Source: an uncultured Verrucomicrobiae bacterium (GTDB lineage Bacteria > Verrucomicrobiota > Verrucomicrobiia > Palsa-1439). Taken from it: a stretch of DNA of 64,000 nt. The stretch covers positions 32,001 through 96,000 of the forward strand of contig CAWEWF010000014.1 of assembly GCA_963812605.1 (NCBI GenBank). Reading direction: 5' to 3'. The notes beneath the pieces are model-generated. The model made no database searches, was not told the origin of the DNA, and worked only from the letters and a program-made list of their open reading frames with translations. A program made the position numbers and the translations under genes. This document shows, in pieces, positions 33,585 through 43,545 of the stretch. Position 1 is the first letter of the stretch. The number at the start of each line of letters is the position of its first letter.

Positions 33585-35108
33585 GTGGCTACTTTCAATT
33601 CAGTTCCGCCCCGACATGAGGACACTGGCGGGGCCCATTACGGTTTTGACCCAATGCGGTTTGGTCTCATCGGCGCGGTGGTCCTGGCCGCCGTGATTGT
33701 TGTCGGGTTCGTTTTTGCCTGGTTCTACTGCCGCATCGAACCCCCCACCGGAACCTGTGCAATTCTGACGCGGCTTGACGGCAAGGATATTCCCGCCAAC
33801 GAGATCATCGCCACGTCGCCGGACCAGAAGGGAATCCAGTTGGATCCGCTGAGCGAAGGCCGCTATTTTCGCAATCCGCTGTACTGGCACTGGGAGATTG
33901 TGCCATTGGTGCAGATCCAGCAGAGCGAAGTCGGCGTGCTGGTGCGGCAGTTTGGCAAGACCGCGCCGCCGGGCCAGTTTATCGTGAAGGACAAGGAAGC
34001 GGACGGCACGCAGTATCGCGGGGTGATTGAGGAACCCCTGCGGCCGGGTACCTATCGAATCAATCCCAACGCCTATCACGTCGAGAAACGGCCCGCGGTG
34101 AAGATTGAACCCGGCGAGGTCGGCGTGGTCACGCTCCGTTACGGACGCGACCCGGCGGAGGCGAACACGATCCTGGTGAAGGACGGCGAACGCGGCGTGC
34201 AGGAGACGCCGTTGCGGCCGGGCACGTATTACCTCAACCCGTACATTTATCGCGTGGACGTGGTCGGCGTGCAGAGCCATAAGACGGAATTCGAGATCAA
34301 CTTCCTCTCGAAGGATGGTTTCCGCTTTCCCGTCAAGGGTGCGGTCGAGTGGGCGGTGGAGGAGGCGAAGGCGCCCGAGGTTTTCGTGAAGATCGGCGAC
34401 GAGGAGGACATCGTCAACAAGGTCATCCTGCGCTCGGCGCTCTCGATGAGCCGCATCCAGGGATCGAAGTACAGCTCCGCCGATGTCATCAGCGGTACGG
34501 TGCGCAAGGCCTTTCAGGATGAATTCAGCAAGCACATCACGTCCGAATCCGCGAAGAAGAACATCCTGGTGAAGGCGGCGCTGATCAGCGAGATCGAGCC
34601 GTCGCAAAAAATCGCCGAGCCGATTCGCGAGCGCGAGATCGCCATCCAGACCCGCGCGAAGTACCAAAGTGAAATCGAGCGCGCCAAGTCGGACGCGAAC
34701 GTTGCGCAGCAGATGAAAATGCAGGACCAGCGCGTTCGTTTCGTGACGGCGGAGACCACGCGCACCAACGAAATTCAAAAAGCCACGAAGGAGCAGCAGG
34801 TACAGGTCATCGCCGCGCAGCGCGACCTTGAAGTGGCGAAAAAAGACCTGGAGACGGCGGAGAACCAGTCCCAGGCGATTGTTTTCACGGGCCAGGGCGA
34901 CGCGGACGTGATTACCTATACGCGGACAGCGGAAGCGAACGCGCTGCGTTCGATCATCCTGCCGTTCGGCAACGGGGAGGCGTACGCGCGCTATTTGTAT
35001 TTGAAGAAGATCGCGCCGAACATCGATTCGATCCTCGCCAACTCGGACGGGCCGCTTGCGGAACCTCTGCGGCAACTATCGCTGTCGCCGAAAGGCGGCG
35101 CCAAGTGA
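33585..35108 (+). CDS. SPFH/band-7 domain protein with N-terminal repeats
   Basis: TM segment; repeated EVGV...L.PG.Y..NP units; FLSKDGF; coiled-coil C-terminus. Confidence 0.8.
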   Translation: MATFNSVPPRHEDTGGAHYGFDPMRFGLIGAVVLAAVIVVGFVFAWFYCRIEPPTGTCAILTRLDGKDIPANEIIATSPDQKGIQLDPLSEGRYFRNPLYWHWEIVPLVQIQQSEVGVLVRQFGKTAPPGQFIVKDKEADGTQYRGVIEEPLRPGTYRINPNAYHVEKRPAVKIEPGEVGVVTLRYGRDPAEANTILVKDGERGVQETPLRPGTYYLNPYIYRVDVVGVQSHKTEFEINFLSKDGFRFPVKGAVEWAVEEAKAPEVFVKIGDEEDIVNKVILRSALSMSRIQGSKYSSADVISGTVRKAFQDEFSKHITSESAKKNILVKAALISEIEPSQKIAEPIREREIAIQTRAKYQSEIERAKSDANVAQQMKMQDQRVRFVTAETTRTNEIQKATKEQQVQVIAAQRDLEVAKKDLETAENQSQAIVFTGQGDADVITYTRTAEANALRSIILPFGNGEAYARYLYLKKIAPNIDSILANSDGPLAEPLRQLSLSPKGGAK

Positions 35109-35611
35109 GCGGGCAACGGCGGGAACGTCGAATGCTCAACATTGAACTTTCAACGCTGAAAGAGGGAGGCGCGACCTACCAGGTTTACGACTTGGAGGAG
35201 AGACTTCTGGAGTACGCGGCAAGTATCATCCGTCTGGTGGAGCGGTTGCCTGCGACTCGTGCAGGCAATCATATCGCGGCGCAGTTGTTGAGGTCGGGGA
35301 CTTCGCCGTTGCCCAACCACGCCGAGGCACAAGCGGCAGAGTCGCGCAATGACTTCATCCACAAGTTAAGAATTTGTCTCAAGGAACTGCGGGAATCACT
35401 TCGCTGGTTGAAGCTCATGAGGCGCGTGCCGCTTTTACAGCCGGCGTCGCAAGTTGACGCGCTCCTGACGGAGACGGAAGCCTTGGTAAAAATCTTCGTG
35501 GCGAGCGTCCGCACCGCCACGGCGAAAAATGGTCGCCCGTCCGCAGTTGGACGTTCGAAGTTCAACGTTGGACGTTCCGAGTTGAATTCGTTGCAGGAAG
35601 GTGGGCAATGA
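35105..35611 (+). CDS. Four helix bundle protein (TIGR02436 / 23S rRNA IVP-like)
   Basis: LEERLLEYA...QLLRSGTS...N.AEA..AES..DFIHKLRICLKELRES..WL. Confidence 0.9.
   Translation: MSGQRRERRMLNIELSTLKEGGATYQVYDLEERLLEYAASIIRLVERLPATRAGNHIAAQLLRSGTSPLPNHAEAQAAESRNDFIHKLRICLKELRESLRWLKLMRRVPLLQPASQVDALLTETEALVKIFVASVRTATAKNGRPSAVGRSKFNVGRSELNSLQEGGQ
35124..35158 (+). repeat. Heptamer tandem repeat (AACNYYS-like), left flank of the four-helix gene
   Basis: AACGTCG AATGCTC AACATTG AACTTTC AACGCTG. Confidence 0.7.
35542..35583 (-). repeat. Inverted heptamer tandem repeat, right flank of the four-helix gene
   Basis: Reverse complement reads AACTCGG AACGTCC AACGTTG AACTTCG AACGTCC AACTGCG. Confidence 0.7.
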
Positions 35612-37227
35612 AGAACCGCACTTTCATGATGGTGACTGCCGGGGTGCTGGTGCTGCTGCTGGCGTACGTGTTCGTCTACGAAGGGTTTTGGGTTTGGGTG
35701 GTGGAGAATACCGTGGTGCCGTCGAACAAGATGCTTGTCGTGATCGCCAAGACGGGCCGGGAAATGCCGGCCGGCCAAATCATCGCGGAGCCCGGGCAAA
35801 AAGGCGTGCTCCTCGAACCGCTCGGCCCAGGCCGTCACTTCGTCAATCCGTTCCTGTACGAGCGGCAACTGAAAGACCAGGTTGTCGTGTCCGGCGGCGA
35901 AGTCGGCGTGGTGATCACCAAGTTCGGCAAAGAACTACCTGAGGGTGAGTTTCTTGCTGGTCCGGGGGAACGCGGCATCCAGCGCGAGGTGCTGTTGCCC
36001 GGCACCTACCGGCTCAATCCGTACGCCTACGAAATTCGGGTGGTAAAAATGATCGAGATCGATCCCGGTTACGTGGGCGTGGTCACGGCGCGTTCGGGCA
36101 AGCCCGCGGAAACGCAGTTGGCCGGTCCCGGTGAGCGCGGCGTGCAAAAGGTTGTCCTGCAACCCGGCTTGTACCCGCTCAATCCCGAGGCCTTTTCCGT
36201 CGAGCGCATCGAAATTGGTTACAACCAGATCACGATGGCCCACGCGGGCAAATTGCCGCAGTCGCAAACCTCGGGCCAGTTCGCCGGCAAGGAGAAACAG
36301 GCGGAAGCGATTGGCGAGGCGATGCAGCGGGCCCAGGTTCCCTCGGGCCAGTACGGCATTCCCGTCCTGCCCGCGGTAACGTTCCCATCGAGCGACGGAT
36401 TTGAGATCACCATCGACGTGACACTGCTCTGGCAATTGCTGCCGGAGGATGCGCCGTCGGTCGTGGCGCGGTACGGCAACATCAAGAAGATCGAGGAAAA
36501 CATCCTGATCCCGCAGATCAATTCCACCGCCCGCATCAAGGGGTCCACTTTTGGCGCGGTGGACTTCATCGTCGGCGACAAACGCGAGGAATTCCAGCGG
36601 GCGTTCCAGGAAACCATCGAGACGACGTTGCAGGAGAAGAAACTGCAAGTGGACCTCGCGCTCGTGCAGGACACGCTGGTCCCCGACAACATTTCGGGGC
36701 CAATTCAGGACGCGCGCATCGCGGCTGAGTGGAACATCACGAATGTCGAGAAGACAAAGACGGAAGCCAACAAGGCGGAACTGGACGAGAACATCGGCAA
36801 GATTCGCCAGGTTGAGCAGGTCGTCGAATACGAGACGCAGCGGCTGGAAGGCAACATCCACGCCGAGCAGGAAAAACAGGTGAATGAGACTGCCGCGCAG
36901 ACGCGGTTGCTCGTCGCGGAGTTGGCGCGGCAGACCGCCGCGATTCGAGCGGACATCAAACGCAAACTTGGCGGCGCCGAGGCAAAGGTGGTGGAACTCA
37001 AGGGCAAAGCGGAAGGCGACGGCTACGCCTTGCAGGTGAAAGCGGTCGGCACGCCGGCAGATTACGCGTTCTACCAGTTCGCCCAGCAATTGCCTGAACA
37101 GATGAAGCTGATGTTGATCTACGCCGGCACCGGCACGTTGTGGACGGACCTGGACAAGGCGATGAAGATTGCGCCGCTCGGCGTGCTACAGGAGCTGCAA
37201 CAAGGTCCGCCGCCCGCCAGCAAGTGA
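35608..37227 (+). CDS. Second SPFH/band-7 domain protein
   Basis: Same repeat architecture (GERGIQ...LPGTY.LNPY); FPSSDGF; coiled coil. Confidence 0.8.
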   Translation: MKNRTFMMVTAGVLVLLLAYVFVYEGFWVWVVENTVVPSNKMLVVIAKTGREMPAGQIIAEPGQKGVLLEPLGPGRHFVNPFLYERQLKDQVVVSGGEVGVVITKFGKELPEGEFLAGPGERGIQREVLLPGTYRLNPYAYEIRVVKMIEIDPGYVGVVTARSGKPAETQLAGPGERGVQKVVLQPGLYPLNPEAFSVERIEIGYNQITMAHAGKLPQSQTSGQFAGKEKQAEAIGEAMQRAQVPSGQYGIPVLPAVTFPSSDGFEITIDVTLLWQLLPEDAPSVVARYGNIKKIEENILIPQINSTARIKGSTFGAVDFIVGDKREEFQRAFQETIETTLQEKKLQVDLALVQDTLVPDNISGPIQDARIAAEWNITNVEKTKTEANKAELDENIGKIRQVEQVVEYETQRLEGNIHAEQEKQVNETAAQTRLLVAELARQTAAIRADIKRKLGGAEAKVVELKGKAEGDGYALQVKAVGTPADYAFYQFAQQLPEQMKLMLIYAGTGTLWTDLDKAMKIAPLGVLQELQQGPPPASK

Positions 37228-37238
37228 GGCCTGCGCTT

Positions 37239-37640
37239 ATGCCAGCGAACTTCGACCACCGCATCTTTCACCGACGCCGCAAGCTGTTCAAGGTCATCGG
37301 CCTCGTGCTCGCGCTGGCAGGCGTGTTCGTACTCCTGAACATGATGGGCGAATTACCCGAGGAGCCGCTGAAAGGCACCAGTGCGATCTTCGCGGGGACC
37401 GTGTTGGTTCTTTTTGGAATCCTTTTTCTCTACCAGGGCTACAAGCTCCCACTCGAAGAAGCGCTTGAACTCATCCACGAACGCGGACGCGGGGTCACCG
37501 AATCGGAAATCGTCCATGCCATGCGCGTGGACCAACCCACCGCCGGCCGCATCCTCCGCGGCCTCATTGCCAAGGGTTTCCTTCGCCGCGCCACCGAGCA
37601 GCCCAGTCACGCCGAGGAAGTCTTCGAGCCGGTAAGGTAG
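37239..37640 (+). CDS. Two-TM protein with C-terminal wHTH-like domain
   Basis: Two hydrophobic segments then VTESEIVHAMRVDQPTAGRILRGLIAKGFL. Confidence 0.6.
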   Translation: MPANFDHRIFHRRRKLFKVIGLVLALAGVFVLLNMMGELPEEPLKGTSAIFAGTVLVLFGILFLYQGYKLPLEEALELIHERGRGVTESEIVHAMRVDQPTAGRILRGLIAKGFLRRATEQPSHAEEVFEPVR

Positions 37641-37783
37641 CGGCCGCGGTCGTGGAACTGAAAAGCGGTTTTTTTCTGGAACAAATCCCTCGCGCCCGCC
37701 TCGTACTGTGAAGATGGGAAATGGCGCGGTCGCCGCGATGGCCGGGGCTGCATTGGTCAACACAGTACGACGGGGGCTAGGGA

Positions 37784-38407
37784 ATGAGAACTGCGACGAA
37801 GTCGATTCTGATGGCGGGGGCATGTCTGGTGCTTGTGGGGATGACCGATCTGGCCGCAACAAACACAATCCAAATATACAACTTTAATTTCGGCACGCCA
37901 CCGTCCACCCATATTGATCCGGTCATCACCGTCGGCGACACGGTTACGTGGGTCTGGACAAATGGCACTCACAGCACCACGGCGGCGCCCGGACAACTGG
38001 AGAGTTGGGACTCCGGTGTGCAGTCAACGGGAGCGACATTCAGCCATACGTTTACCCAACTGGGCACGTTCAACTACTACTGCATGATTCACGGCACCTC
38101 TACGGGTTGCCGGGGTGTCGGCGCGATGTCGGGAAAGGTCATCGTGACGCTGCCCAACACGGCGCCGTATCCGATCACCGGAATTGTGGCGCAAGGCAGT
38201 GACATCAGCGTCACCTGGGTCACGGGCGGTATTTGCCAAACCAATATCTTACAGCGTTCGACCGGTGCGCCCGACGGCAGTTACACGAACACTTTCACGG
38301 ATATTTTCACCGTGTCCGGTGCCACTGGCAACACCACCAACTACCTCGATGTCGGCGCGGTCACCAATTTTCCGTTTTCCTACTACCGCATACACATACC
38401 GCAGTAG
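37784..38407 (+). CDS. Secreted plastocyanin/azurin-type cupredoxin with the shared C-terminal domain
   Basis: GDTVTW...H...YYC.IH...M Cu ligands; ends SYYRIHIPQ. Confidence 0.85.
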   Translation: MRTATKSILMAGACLVLVGMTDLAATNTIQIYNFNFGTPPSTHIDPVITVGDTVTWVWTNGTHSTTAAPGQLESWDSGVQSTGATFSHTFTQLGTFNYYCMIHGTSTGCRGVGAMSGKVIVTLPNTAPYPITGIVAQGSDISVTWVTGGICQTNILQRSTGAPDGSYTNTFTDIFTVSGATGNTTNYLDVGAVTNFPFSYYRIHIPQ

Positions 38408-38447
38408 TCAGGGGCGCCAAATAAGCCAGCGGGCACCACAAGGACAA

Positions 38448-40010
38448 CTAGGCTGAGGGTTCTTCTTTGCGATAACTGGAGACAACCCAGTCGCTGAGGA
38501 ATTTGTCGGGGTCGGCCAGGGCGGATTTGGGGATGACGAATTCAGACTGGCCGGCGTTGCTCTTCACCAGGTTCAGGCCGAACTGGTAGTCCTTGAAAAG
38601 CTCGCGGCAGAGGTCGGTGACGGATTTGTGGGCGTGCTGGGCGCGCTCAATGATTTCTTCGATCGCGTCGGGTTCCAGGCGCATCCGCAGTTTGTGTTTC
38701 TCCTCGAACCTTCGCTCGTAATCGTGGACGAGTTGGCGCATCAATTCGCGCTGTTCGTACGCCGGTTCGTTGAGGATGCGTTGCAGTTCCGCCTCGGGGT
38801 TCTCCACAAGCGAGCGCGTGACGACGAATTGCCGCACCGTCGAGGAGGGCAGCTCGAACTTGAATTCCCGCAGGGCGCGTTCGCAAACAGTGAGCAACCC
38901 GCGCGCGCCGGTGTTTTCGAGCGCGGCTTTCTCGGCGATGGCGTGCAAACCCTCGTCCGAAAACATCACGTCGATGCCAAACGCGTGGAAGCTCGATTCG
39001 TACTGCTTGATCACCGAGCCCTCGCTTTGCTTGAGGATATGGTAGAGGTCGGCGACCGCGAGTTTATCGAGGACGACGCGGACGGGAAGGCGCCCAATGA
39101 ACTCCGGTTCAAAACCGAATTTCACGAAGTCCTCCGTTTGCGCCCGCCGCTGAAGTTCCGCTTCGGTCACGGATTCCGCCAGGTGGCCGCCGAAACCGAT
39201 ATCCGCCTGGCGCACGCGCTTGCGGATGATCTCGAGCATCTGGTCGAAAGCGCCGCTAACGATGAAGAGAATGTGCTTGGTATTGATCGTCTCGCGTTTG
39301 ACCTTGCCGCGCCGCTGGTATTCGAAAGCGGCCTGCAATTGTGCCTGGATGTCCGTGGGCGAGCGGAGAGGGACTTCCGTTTCCTCCATGAGTTTCAAGA
39401 GATTGGTCTGCACTCCGCGGCCGCTCACGTCGCGCCCGATGATATTGGCGGGCGCGGCAATTTTATCGATCTCATCGAGGTAAACGATGCCGTAGCTCGC
39501 GAGGTTTACGTCGCCGTCCGCGCGGTGGATGAGCTCACGGACAAGGTCTTCCACGTCGCCGCCGACGTAACCGGTTTCGCTGAACTTGGTGGCGTCCGCT
39601 TTCACGAACGGCACGCCGATGAGGTCGGCAATCGTCTTGATGAGATACGTCTTGCCCACGCCCGTGGGGCCGATGAGCAGCACGTTTTGTTTTACGTAAT
39701 CGCGCAGTTCCTCGCCGTGCTCAGCGGCCTTGACGTGGTTGTAATGGTCGCAGACCGCGATGGCGAGGGCCTTTTTGGCGTCTTCCTGCTGGATGACAAA
39801 GCGGTCGAGATGCGCTTTGACCTCCTTCGGCTTGAGATGGAAATCGAACTCGAGTTCCTTGCGTTTTGGTTCCTCGCTCGGCGGCGCGGTTTCCACCGTC
39901 TCGGCCTGGGGCGAGGCAAAGACGACCCGGTCGCCAAACTCCTGTTTCATGAATTCAGAAAGTTTCTTCTGGATCTCTTCCGGCGACGGCAGTGGTTGGT
40001 CAGAACTCAT
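38448..40010 (-). CDS. ClpX-like AAA+ ATPase lacking the N-terminal Zn-binding domain
   Basis: GPTGVGKT, ADATKFSETGYVG.DVE, YLDEIDKI, RDVSG.GVQ..LLK, IGF loop, PEFIGR, GARGL. Confidence 0.85.
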   Translation of the reverse strand: MSSDQPLPSPEEIQKKLSEFMKQEFGDRVVFASPQAETVETAPPSEEPKRKELEFDFHLKPKEVKAHLDRFVIQQEDAKKALAIAVCDHYNHVKAAEHGEELRDYVKQNVLLIGPTGVGKTYLIKTIADLIGVPFVKADATKFSETGYVGGDVEDLVRELIHRADGDVNLASYGIVYLDEIDKIAAPANIIGRDVSGRGVQTNLLKLMEETEVPLRSPTDIQAQLQAAFEYQRRGKVKRETINTKHILFIVSGAFDQMLEIIRKRVRQADIGFGGHLAESVTEAELQRRAQTEDFVKFGFEPEFIGRLPVRVVLDKLAVADLYHILKQSEGSVIKQYESSFHAFGIDVMFSDEGLHAIAEKAALENTGARGLLTVCERALREFKFELPSSTVRQFVVTRSLVENPEAELQRILNEPAYEQRELMRQLVHDYERRFEEKHKLRMRLEPDAIEEIIERAQHAHKSVTDLCRELFKDYQFGLNLVKSNAGQSEFVIPKSALADPDKFLSDWVVSSYRKEEPSA

Positions 40011-40027
40011 ATCATGGATACTGTAGC

Positions 40028-42130
40028 TCACCCTGCCGCATTTTCAACGATGGGCGCAAGCGCGGCCCGGAATTGCGCGAGGTTTTCCGATTTGCCGATG
40101 ACCACGAGATCGTCGCCTATGACCAGCCGCGTGGCGGGTTCGGGCATCTCCGTGAGGCTGCGACCCGTGACCGGATCACGGCGCTTGATGGCAAGGATGT
40201 GGACGCCGTAGCTGGCGCGGGGCGCCAGGTCCGCCAGCGTGCGACCGCCCAGGTGCGCGGGCAATTCGAGCGTCCGCAGTTCGAAGCCCTCGGGCAGCTC
40301 CAGGAAAACATCGCGTTTCTCATCGCCTTCCTTGACGACAAAGTGCCCGAGAAGCTGCCGCTTGTGCATGATCTCCTGGCTGTAGACGCCCAGCAGGTCG
40401 CGTTTCGAAATCCAGCCAATCAGTTTGCGATCCGTGGGATTGTTGATCACGGGCAGGCGTTCGGCGTTTTCCCGCCAGAAAATGTCCATCGCGTCGGCCA
40501 GGTTCTGGCGCGGGGTCACGAATTGGAACGAGTCGTCCACCAGATCATCGGCGATGACAGATGACAGCGATTCGCCCTGATGCAACATTTCCTTCATCGA
40601 ATGGAGTCGAATCGCCCCGAGAAACCTGCCCTCGCTATTCACCACGTAAAGATTGCTGTACGGCTCCTTCAGGAATTGCTCCACAATCATGGAGAAAGGG
40701 ACCGAGTGGCTGACCGCGGGCACGTCATCATGCATGATGTCCTCCACCCGCAGCGATTGCATGACGCCGGCTTCGAGTCCCGTGGGTAGCACCACGCCGC
40801 TGCGGTGGAGTGACTCCTCTTCCAGCGAGCGGGCCTTGAAGAGGCGCGTCGTGAAATGGCTGACGATACAAACGAACATCAATGGCAGCACAATCTGGTA
40901 GTTGTTGGTCTGTTCAAAAATCATCATGATGGCCGTGAGGGGCGCATGTGTCATTCCCGCGAGAAGCCCGCCCATGCCCACCAGCGCGTAGGCGCCATGC
41001 TCGGCCGTCGCGTGCGGAAATAATTCGTGGACACCATAGCCGAACGCGCCTCCCAGCAGGGACCCCAGCATCAGGGACGGTGTAAACATCCCGCCCGCGC
41101 CACCGGATCCAAATGTCAGTGAGGAAGCGAGCATCTTCAGGGGAATCAGCGTCAATAGCAGCAGGATCGGAAGCTGCCCGCGCAGCGTCAGATTCACTGT
41201 TTCGAAGCCGTTGCCGTACACGTGGGGATACCAAACCCCGATCACCCCGACCAGTGCCATGCCAAGCGCGGGCTTTACCCATTTCGGCACGGGGAGTTTC
41301 TCGAAAGCATCCTGCGAACCGAACAGCACGCGCATGAATAGCAGGGAGATTAACCCCGAAAGCAATCCCAGGATGAGATAGGGCAGGAGTTCCCACGCCG
41401 ACACGAGTTCGTAATGCGGGACCTCAAAGCGCGGCAGGTTGCCCATACAACTGCGGAACACCAGCGTCGAAATCACCGACACCACGACGACGGGTCCGAG
41501 CACCTCGATGGCGAAGTTGCCCATGAGAATTTCCAGCGCGAACAGCGAGCCGCCAATCGGCGCGTTGTACACCGCCGCCAACGCTGCCGCCGCCGAGGCG
41601 CAGACCAATATGCGTAGCTGCTGGGTTGTCAGGTTGAAGCGGCGTCCCATATAAGAGCCAATCGCGCTGGCCAGCAGCGCCATGGCGCCTTCACGACCCA
41701 GGGAACCGCCCGTGGAAATCGTCACAATCGCCGCCCAGTCGCGCGGCACCGTCTGCCGTACGGAGATCGCACCGCCTTTCAGGGACACGGCTTGCATAAT
41801 GGTGGTGATGCCGCCACCGCGGGTCTGGACGCGAAAGAACCAGCCGATCAAGCCCACCAACAATCCGCCGACAAGGGGAATGATAATACGGACCGGCCAG
41901 GGATTATCGGCGGCGGCATCGAGCAGATTCTGGCCGCTGCCCCAGAACTGGTTCTGGAGAAAGGAAATGATGTGCGCGGTCACCACGGAGGTGAGGCCGA
42001 CCGTCAAGCCCACCAGCGGCAGGAGCAAGAGAAACACGTTCTCGCCGGGAGAGCGTTTGGCCAGCTGCGGCCAGATCAAGGTCCGGAATTTGTTGCCGAT
42101 TGACCGAACCCATGGCAGCAATGGTTGCAT
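40028..42130 (-). CDS. ClC chloride channel family protein with CBS pair and TrkA-C domain
   Basis: GGGIT, GSLGREG, GGMFTP; C-terminal CBS and RCK-C pattern. Confidence 0.9.
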   Translation of the reverse strand: MQPLLPWVRSIGNKFRTLIWPQLAKRSPGENVFLLLLPLVGLTVGLTSVVTAHIISFLQNQFWGSGQNLLDAAADNPWPVRIIIPLVGGLLVGLIGWFFRVQTRGGGITTIMQAVSLKGGAISVRQTVPRDWAAIVTISTGGSLGREGAMALLASAIGSYMGRRFNLTTQQLRILVCASAAAALAAVYNAPIGGSLFALEILMGNFAIEVLGPVVVVSVISTLVFRSCMGNLPRFEVPHYELVSAWELLPYLILGLLSGLISLLFMRVLFGSQDAFEKLPVPKWVKPALGMALVGVIGVWYPHVYGNGFETVNLTLRGQLPILLLLTLIPLKMLASSLTFGSGGAGGMFTPSLMLGSLLGGAFGYGVHELFPHATAEHGAYALVGMGGLLAGMTHAPLTAIMMIFEQTNNYQIVLPLMFVCIVSHFTTRLFKARSLEEESLHRSGVVLPTGLEAGVMQSLRVEDIMHDDVPAVSHSVPFSMIVEQFLKEPYSNLYVVNSEGRFLGAIRLHSMKEMLHQGESLSSVIADDLVDDSFQFVTPRQNLADAMDIFWRENAERLPVINNPTDRKLIGWISKRDLLGVYSQEIMHKRQLLGHFVVKEGDEKRDVFLELPEGFELRTLELPAHLGGRTLADLAPRASYGVHILAIKRRDPVTGRSLTEMPEPATRLVIGDDLVVIGKSENLAQFRAALAPIVENAAG

Positions 42131-42315
42131 CTGAGGTATTGTAGTAACAAATCGGGCGCGATGGGTCAAACCATGCGCTGCAGGAAAGTCTTGCAATCGA
42201 AAAAAATTGAGCGATTATGGAATGCGGCGTGTCTGACGTAACAAGGAGGTCTGACGTGCCGCACAACTGAAGGATGGCTGGCAACGCAGAGGAAGAAGAA
42301 AGGGGGACGACAGGC

Positions 42316-42543
42316 ATGACGCAACAGAATTTGACGCCGGAGCAGATTGCCGCTCGTGCCTACCAGCTTTATCTCGAACGGGGACGCACTCATGGGCACG
42401 ATTTCGATGATTGGCTGCAGGCCGAATACGAGTTGAGGCAATTGCCGGTCCGCAAACTCGCCGAGTTGGAGCCGCCGCCGGTTCCGCGAGGCAAAACCAA
42501 TTCAAGGTCCATCATCGACCTCGTCCGGACAGCGATGTACTAG
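42316..42543 (+). CDS. DUF2934 family protein
   Basis: IAARAYQLYLERGR.HG....DWLQAE. Confidence 0.85.
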   Translation: MTQQNLTPEQIAARAYQLYLERGRTHGHDFDDWLQAEYELRQLPVRKLAELEPPPVPRGKTNSRSIIDLVRTAMY

Positions 42544-42619
42544 CGGCGACGCGATGGAAGAAGAACCGCCGGGTACTGCCGTCGAGTCTGTGATTTCGCC
42601 GGACGATCAACTGTGATCG

Positions 42620-43429
42620 TTACTTTCCGAGTTGCGCGTGCCTTTTCATGAAACTGGCGACGCGCTTCACGTCCACAGCGTTTGACCATAAGCCGCCGAC
42701 TTTGAAGTGCGATCCGACAATGAACCCGTCCGCGAGAGCGTAGTACTTCGCCAGGTTTTGCGCCGCCACGCCGGAGCCGAGATAGATTGGCAGGCGACAA
42801 CGTTTCTTGACGGCCCGTATATCCGCGGGCCCGGGCGGGTCGCCCGTGACCGTTCCGGTGATGATCACTGCGTCGCCGCGCATAAACTCGACCGCTTCCG
42901 CCGTCTCGCCGATACCGATATCAGCGGTGATCGCATGCGAACTGTGCTTCTTTTTCACGTCGGCCCAGACCTGCACGTGGTCGGCGCCGATCTGCTTGCG
43001 GTAACGGAGCAGGGGAGCCGCGGAGGCCTGGATGAGCCCCTCGTCGGCCACGTGGGCGAAGGCGAAACCTTCGACGCGGATGAAATCCAAACCTGCCGCG
43101 TGGGCGATTGCCATGGCTTCCGTGTTGGCGCCGGCCAGGACCTGGACGCCGCAAGTCAGTTTGGTTGATTTCTTTATCGCGGAGGCGACGATGGCCATCA
43201 CCGCGACAACCTCCGGGCCGACCGCACCCCGCAAGTACGGCGTGTCGTGCATATTCTCGATCAGGATGCCGTGCACGCCTTCCTCGCGATAAATTTTGGC
43301 CTCGCGTAACGCCAGCGATTCGATCTCACGCACGGTTCGCCGACTGGCGGGCGTGCCCGGCAGCGCTTCGAGGTGAATCATGCCAATGACCGGTTTGGAT
43401 GACGAAAAGAGCGGATTCTTTGCAGGCAT
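42620..43429 (-). CDS. BtpA/SgcQ family protein
   Basis: IGMIHL.ALPG, IEN.HD.PY, ADVKKKH, ITG..TG, GSGV. Confidence 0.9.
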   Translation of the reverse strand: MPAKNPLFSSSKPVIGMIHLEALPGTPASRRTVREIESLALREAKIYREEGVHGILIENMHDTPYLRGAVGPEVVAVMAIVASAIKKSTKLTCGVQVLAGANTEAMAIAHAAGLDFIRVEGFAFAHVADEGLIQASAAPLLRYRKQIGADHVQVWADVKKKHSSHAITADIGIGETAEAVEFMRGDAVIITGTVTGDPPGPADIRAVKKRCRLPIYLGSGVAAQNLAKYYALADGFIVGSHFKVGGLWSNAVDVKRVASFMKRHAQLGK

Positions 43430-43545
43430 AGAAAACAATTATAACGATCCGCTTCGACAAACCAAGCGCGTTGATGAACTTGGCAGAATATCTGTATGCG
43501 AGTTCTCTCTTGTTCGCGCCGCCGCAACGTGGTTTGCTTTTCGCG

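Noticed and set aside
35105-35611. DGR accessory (Avd) implying a diversity-generating retroelement
   Set aside because: No reverse transcriptase and no TR/VR pair seen in the window.
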